Assembly (NCBI GenBank): GCA_963676795.2
Contig: CAXXTB010000002.1
Location: 736,001-800,000, forward strand
DNA length: 64,000 bases
Direction: 5' to 3'
From: Geopsychrobacteraceae bacterium
GTDB taxonomy: Bacteria > Desulfobacterota > Desulfuromonadia > Desulfuromonadales > Geopsychrobacteraceae
Positions within the stretch are counted from its first letter, which is position 1. Each line of letters begins with the position of its first letter. Of the stretch, positions 61,271-64,000 are shown piece after piece. The notes beneath the pieces were generated by a model, which did not search any database, was not told the DNA's origin, and was given only the letters and a program-made list of their open reading frames with translations. The position numbers and the translations under genes were made by a program.

Positions 61271-62092
61271 TCAAGAAACAAGTCTCCTAAGGTCGTCACC
61301 AATAGTGAGTTTATTCCCTCCTTTAGAGGCTGGGTGGGGAAAGACGAATATGTCAATATCTCTATTGTCAATAGATCCTTTTTGGTAGGTAACAGCACCT
61401 GAACGTTGAGTATGTTTATATCCTGAATCAAGGATTTGGTTTTTGAAGTATTCGCTATTGTCTGAATTGCCGATTATAAAAACACATTTAGGTAAAAGAA
61501 TACTTAATTCTTTTTTTAGAATATATTTATTGCAGTTAATCCACATTTCTTGAGTAGGTTTACTACGTTGTTTTGATGGTTTTTTTCTCTTTTCATCATC
61601 TGGTGAACATTTAATCTGATTCGTAAATGAAATATAGTTGAAGCTTTCAGAGATACATTTTTTTGTTGGCATTCCCTTTGTGGCTTCTGATTGAATGATA
61701 CCCTTTGACTGTAGATAGATAGCTGAATAACAACCTACCCTGTGATGCATGATACCGCCACGGTATCCTGTTTTCTTGTCAGGAAATAATTTTTTTTTGC
61801 CATTTAATATTTGCCCTTGTGCGCTTAATACCAGTTTATTAATAGCATTCAAGCCTCCATGGCTATTCATGTTTATTCCCAAAACCAATAACCTTGAACG
61901 CAAATATTCGGGCCCTATCCAAGGATAAGAAATATGTGAATCTGGCCCAGATGGAAATCGATGCTTGGCTCCCGTCCAACATTCTTGACAATGAATACAT
62001 CTTTCGTGAAGAGGTACTCCATTAGGGCCCACAACAACACCTAGGTCTGAGTACAAAGATAAAAAATTATTAGCCCCTAGCTGATCGTTCAT
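61271..62092 (-). CDS. Uracil-DNA glycosylase superfamily-like protein
   Basis: LVLGIN, FTNQIKCSP, C..ILKKELSILLPK.VFIIG, FPHPAS; N-terminal CIHCQEC; very AT-rich. Confidence 0.65.
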   Translation of the reverse strand: MNDQLGANNFLSLYSDLGVVVGPNGVPLHERCIHCQECWTGAKHRFPSGPDSHISYPWIGPEYLRSRLLVLGINMNSHGGLNAINKLVLSAQGQILNGKKKLFPDKKTGYRGGIMHHRVGCYSAIYLQSKGIIQSEATKGMPTKKCISESFNYISFTNQIKCSPDDEKRKKPSKQRSKPTQEMWINCNKYILKKELSILLPKCVFIIGNSDNSEYFKNQILDSGYKHTQRSGAVTYQKGSIDNRDIDIFVFPHPASKGGNKLTIGDDLRRLVS

Positions 62093-62095
62093 ATC

Positions 62096-63091
62096 TCACC
62101 CTTCGAAAAACTGTTCACTGTAAGTCAGTTGTAGTGTTGCTATTGTTCGCCTCATTGATTCTCTTAGCTCAGGCGGCTCAAGCACTTCCACCTTGGTGCC
62201 GTGGCCCAAAAGCCACCACATGAGTTGATCCGTATCAGCAACAGTTGCCTCAATGATAGTTCCTCCCTCTTGATCTATGATCACTTGGTCTTCGGAAAGT
62301 TTTCTCTCGCGAAGAAATCCTGCCAGCCAGTCATTAACCTGTAATCGAAGACGTATCGGGCCTAGCGGATTCGGAAAGCTGAAATTGCCTTCGGCGATGT
62401 ATTTTTCCAGGCAAAACTCTTTTTTGCGTTTCGCTTTATGGTCAAGCATTTTAGCACTCAACATCCGATGTAGTGCGAACTGGCGAGCATCTTGGTAGTT
62501 CCATACGGTGGCGACTAAATAGACAACGCCATTGTCAAAAACCAAGCCGAGTGGGTGCAAATTGCGCTCAACTGGCTGTTTGTGATCGAGCTTTTGATAG
62601 CTAACCGAGAGTTGCCTTTCCTCAAATAAAGCCTGAAAAACTTGTCCAAGAACGTCGACATTCACTTCTGGCAGACACAACTGTTGCTGCCGACAAATTT
62701 TAGCAACCCGACCGGACCACTCACCAAGCCCTGTTCCTCTTACTTCGTTCAATAGGTTGCTGGCTCGCTTAAAATAGGGCTGTAGGGCTGCAACACACCC
62801 CTGTGGCAACATTTCGGATAGATATTGCTCAGTGAGTTTTAAGGTTAATGCTGTGTTGCTGTTCATTGTCGGAAGATCAAGCAACCCACAATCCTCAGCC
62901 CAGCACCAACCGGCAGGATTCTGGTGATCTGATGTAATAGGGAAAGATTCCGATAAGGTTTCAAGATTGCGCTGGACCGAGCGGAGAGTCAGGTCAATCC
63001 CTTTCTCAGCCAAAGCTTCGCGAATCTGCTGAGTCCCTTGTTTTTTCTTCGCTAGGATATTCAGGATTTCCCACTGTGTAATCGTTGCCAT
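62096..63091 (-). CDS. wHTH-WYL-WCX transcriptional regulator
   Basis: LRSVQRNLETL HTH; LHPLGLV..VYLVA..RQFALHRM; WWLLGHG..VEVLEPPELR; AGGAGG RBS. Confidence 0.92.
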   Translation of the reverse strand: MATITQWEILNILAKKKQGTQQIREALAEKGIDLTLRSVQRNLETLSESFPITSDHQNPAGWCWAEDCGLLDLPTMNSNTALTLKLTEQYLSEMLPQGCVAALQPYFKRASNLLNEVRGTGLGEWSGRVAKICRQQQLCLPEVNVDVLGQVFQALFEERQLSVSYQKLDHKQPVERNLHPLGLVFDNGVVYLVATVWNYQDARQFALHRMLSAKMLDHKAKRKKEFCLEKYIAEGNFSFPNPLGPIRLRLQVNDWLAGFLRERKLSEDQVIIDQEGGTIIEATVADTDQLMWWLLGHGTKVEVLEPPELRESMRRTIATLQLTYSEQFFEG

Positions 63092-63127
63092 AGCATTTCC
63101 TCCTTGAACACAGATATACCTGAACGG

Positions 63128-63204
63128 CACGACAATATGTGTCGCGTGAAAAGAAATTAAGAATATCTCATTTCTTGAAAAACACAAGACTCTTTTTGTC
63201 GCGC
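63128..63204. promoter_or_regulatory. Candidate WYL-regulator operator
   Basis: CGACA-N5-TGTCG palindrome (63130-63144) and a second TGTCGCG half-site (63197-63203) between divergent genes. Confidence 0.55.
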
Positions 63205-63240
63205 ACATTTGAGATTATCAAGGCAAACGGAGGGGAAAAG

Positions 63241-63546
63241 ATGATGATTAATAAATGGTTTAATTTCTACCTGAACGAAGCACCAGAGACGCAACAAGGA
63301 CGACCACTTCCTCAATGGCTATTGGGGAAGCGAATTGTCTTCAAACCGACAGGGCGTGAATTTGTTGTCGGCATGGTATCAAAAAAACACTTGTACGTCA
63401 TTTACGAGACAAAGTTCCTGAGATCGCTCCAGTCGGCAACAAAAATAATGACATCTAATCCCCACGCTGGGTGCAATAACTATCTGGAGTTATGGGAATA
63501 CAAAGGCATGAGCTTGCACATCGCTCTCGACATACCGCTATCTTGA
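63241..63546 (+). CDS. Hypothetical protein divergent from WYL gene
   Basis: GGAGG RBS before ATG 63241. Confidence 0.6.
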   Translation: MMINKWFNFYLNEAPETQQGRPLPQWLLGKRIVFKPTGREFVVGMVSKKHLYVIYETKFLRSLQSATKIMTSNPHAGCNNYLELWEYKGMSLHIALDIPLS

Positions 63547-63578
63547 CCCTAGCGATTTCAAGTCAAAAGGAAACTATC

Positions 63579-64000
63579 ATGTATCAATCTATTTCTGACT
63601 CGCAGCCTTTTACTGTCATTACTTTTGACGACACATTGAATCGTTGGTTTGAAATGAATCGAGGTCGATTCAACTATAATCCTGTTGTTGAAAAAACGGA
63701 TTCTAGCTATATCGTGAGATTTACGGGATGTTGCAATCACATCGAATGGCAAATATGGCTTTCTGAAACTGATATGAGATCGTGGATTCTCGTCACGTAT
63801 AACGAGACCTTCTGGGATATAATTTTTGATTCAGATATAGGTATCAGTAGAACTGTAGACGGTCAATATTATTGCAATTTATGCATTTATGATACTCAAT
63901 GTTATAATTGCATTGAAGACCTCCTGATTGCTCACGCTCTCGACCCGACACTGGAATGGCTTAACGAGCATTTAATACCTGAAAATTATCTCTGGATTTG
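63579..64000 (+). CDS. Hypothetical protein, open to window end (not in ORF track)
   Basis: AAGGA RBS; 140 open codons MYQSISDSQPF...YYCNLC... Confidence 0.65.
   Translation, partial: MYQSISDSQPFTVITFDDTLNRWFEMNRGRFNYNPVVEKTDSSYIVRFTGCCNHIEWQIWLSETDMRSWILVTYNETFWDIIFDSDIGISRTVDGQYYCNLCIYDTQCYNCIEDLLIAHALDPTLEWLNEHLIPENYLWI

Larger units (their letters stand above)
60209..64000. mobile_element. Edge of a genomic island integrated at tRNA-Pro (continues past window)
   Basis: Displaced tRNA 3' half at the border; visibly lower GC; WYL and unknown genes. Confidence 0.75.

Overview
64 kb of a bacterial chromosome, probably Desulfuromonadia (inferred from gene content and order). Core genes (GC-rich) include a divergent EF-G paralog, an SSS symporter with a Crp regulator, SAM-riboswitch-controlled metX, amtB, gluQ, rho, rpmE-prfA-prmC-murA and hisGDBHAFE. 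Two accessory zones stand out. (1) About 26.2-35.1 kb: an array of low-GC cassettes, mostly on the minus strand. It holds three L,D-transpeptidase-like (Tlde1/DUF2778-type) genes, each coupled to a different exported partner, plus a fourth unknown gene pair, a parDE module with a nonsense-inactivated toxin, an acyltransferase and a minimal flagellin. Copies of a palindromic ~480-bp repeat separate the cassettes. (2) About 55.4-64 kb: a tRNA-Pro integration hotspot with two displaced tRNA 3' ends, duplicated integrase-like scars and sigma54-driven PEP-CTERM genes. It ends at the edge of an island carrying a WYL regulator coupled to a UDG-superfamily gene (candidate anti-phage glycosylase) and a stand-alone FtsZ C-terminal domain. 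Several unannotated small ORFs, a candidate sRNA and a covarying structured repeat were also found. All calls come from reading motifs by eye; no database searches were run.
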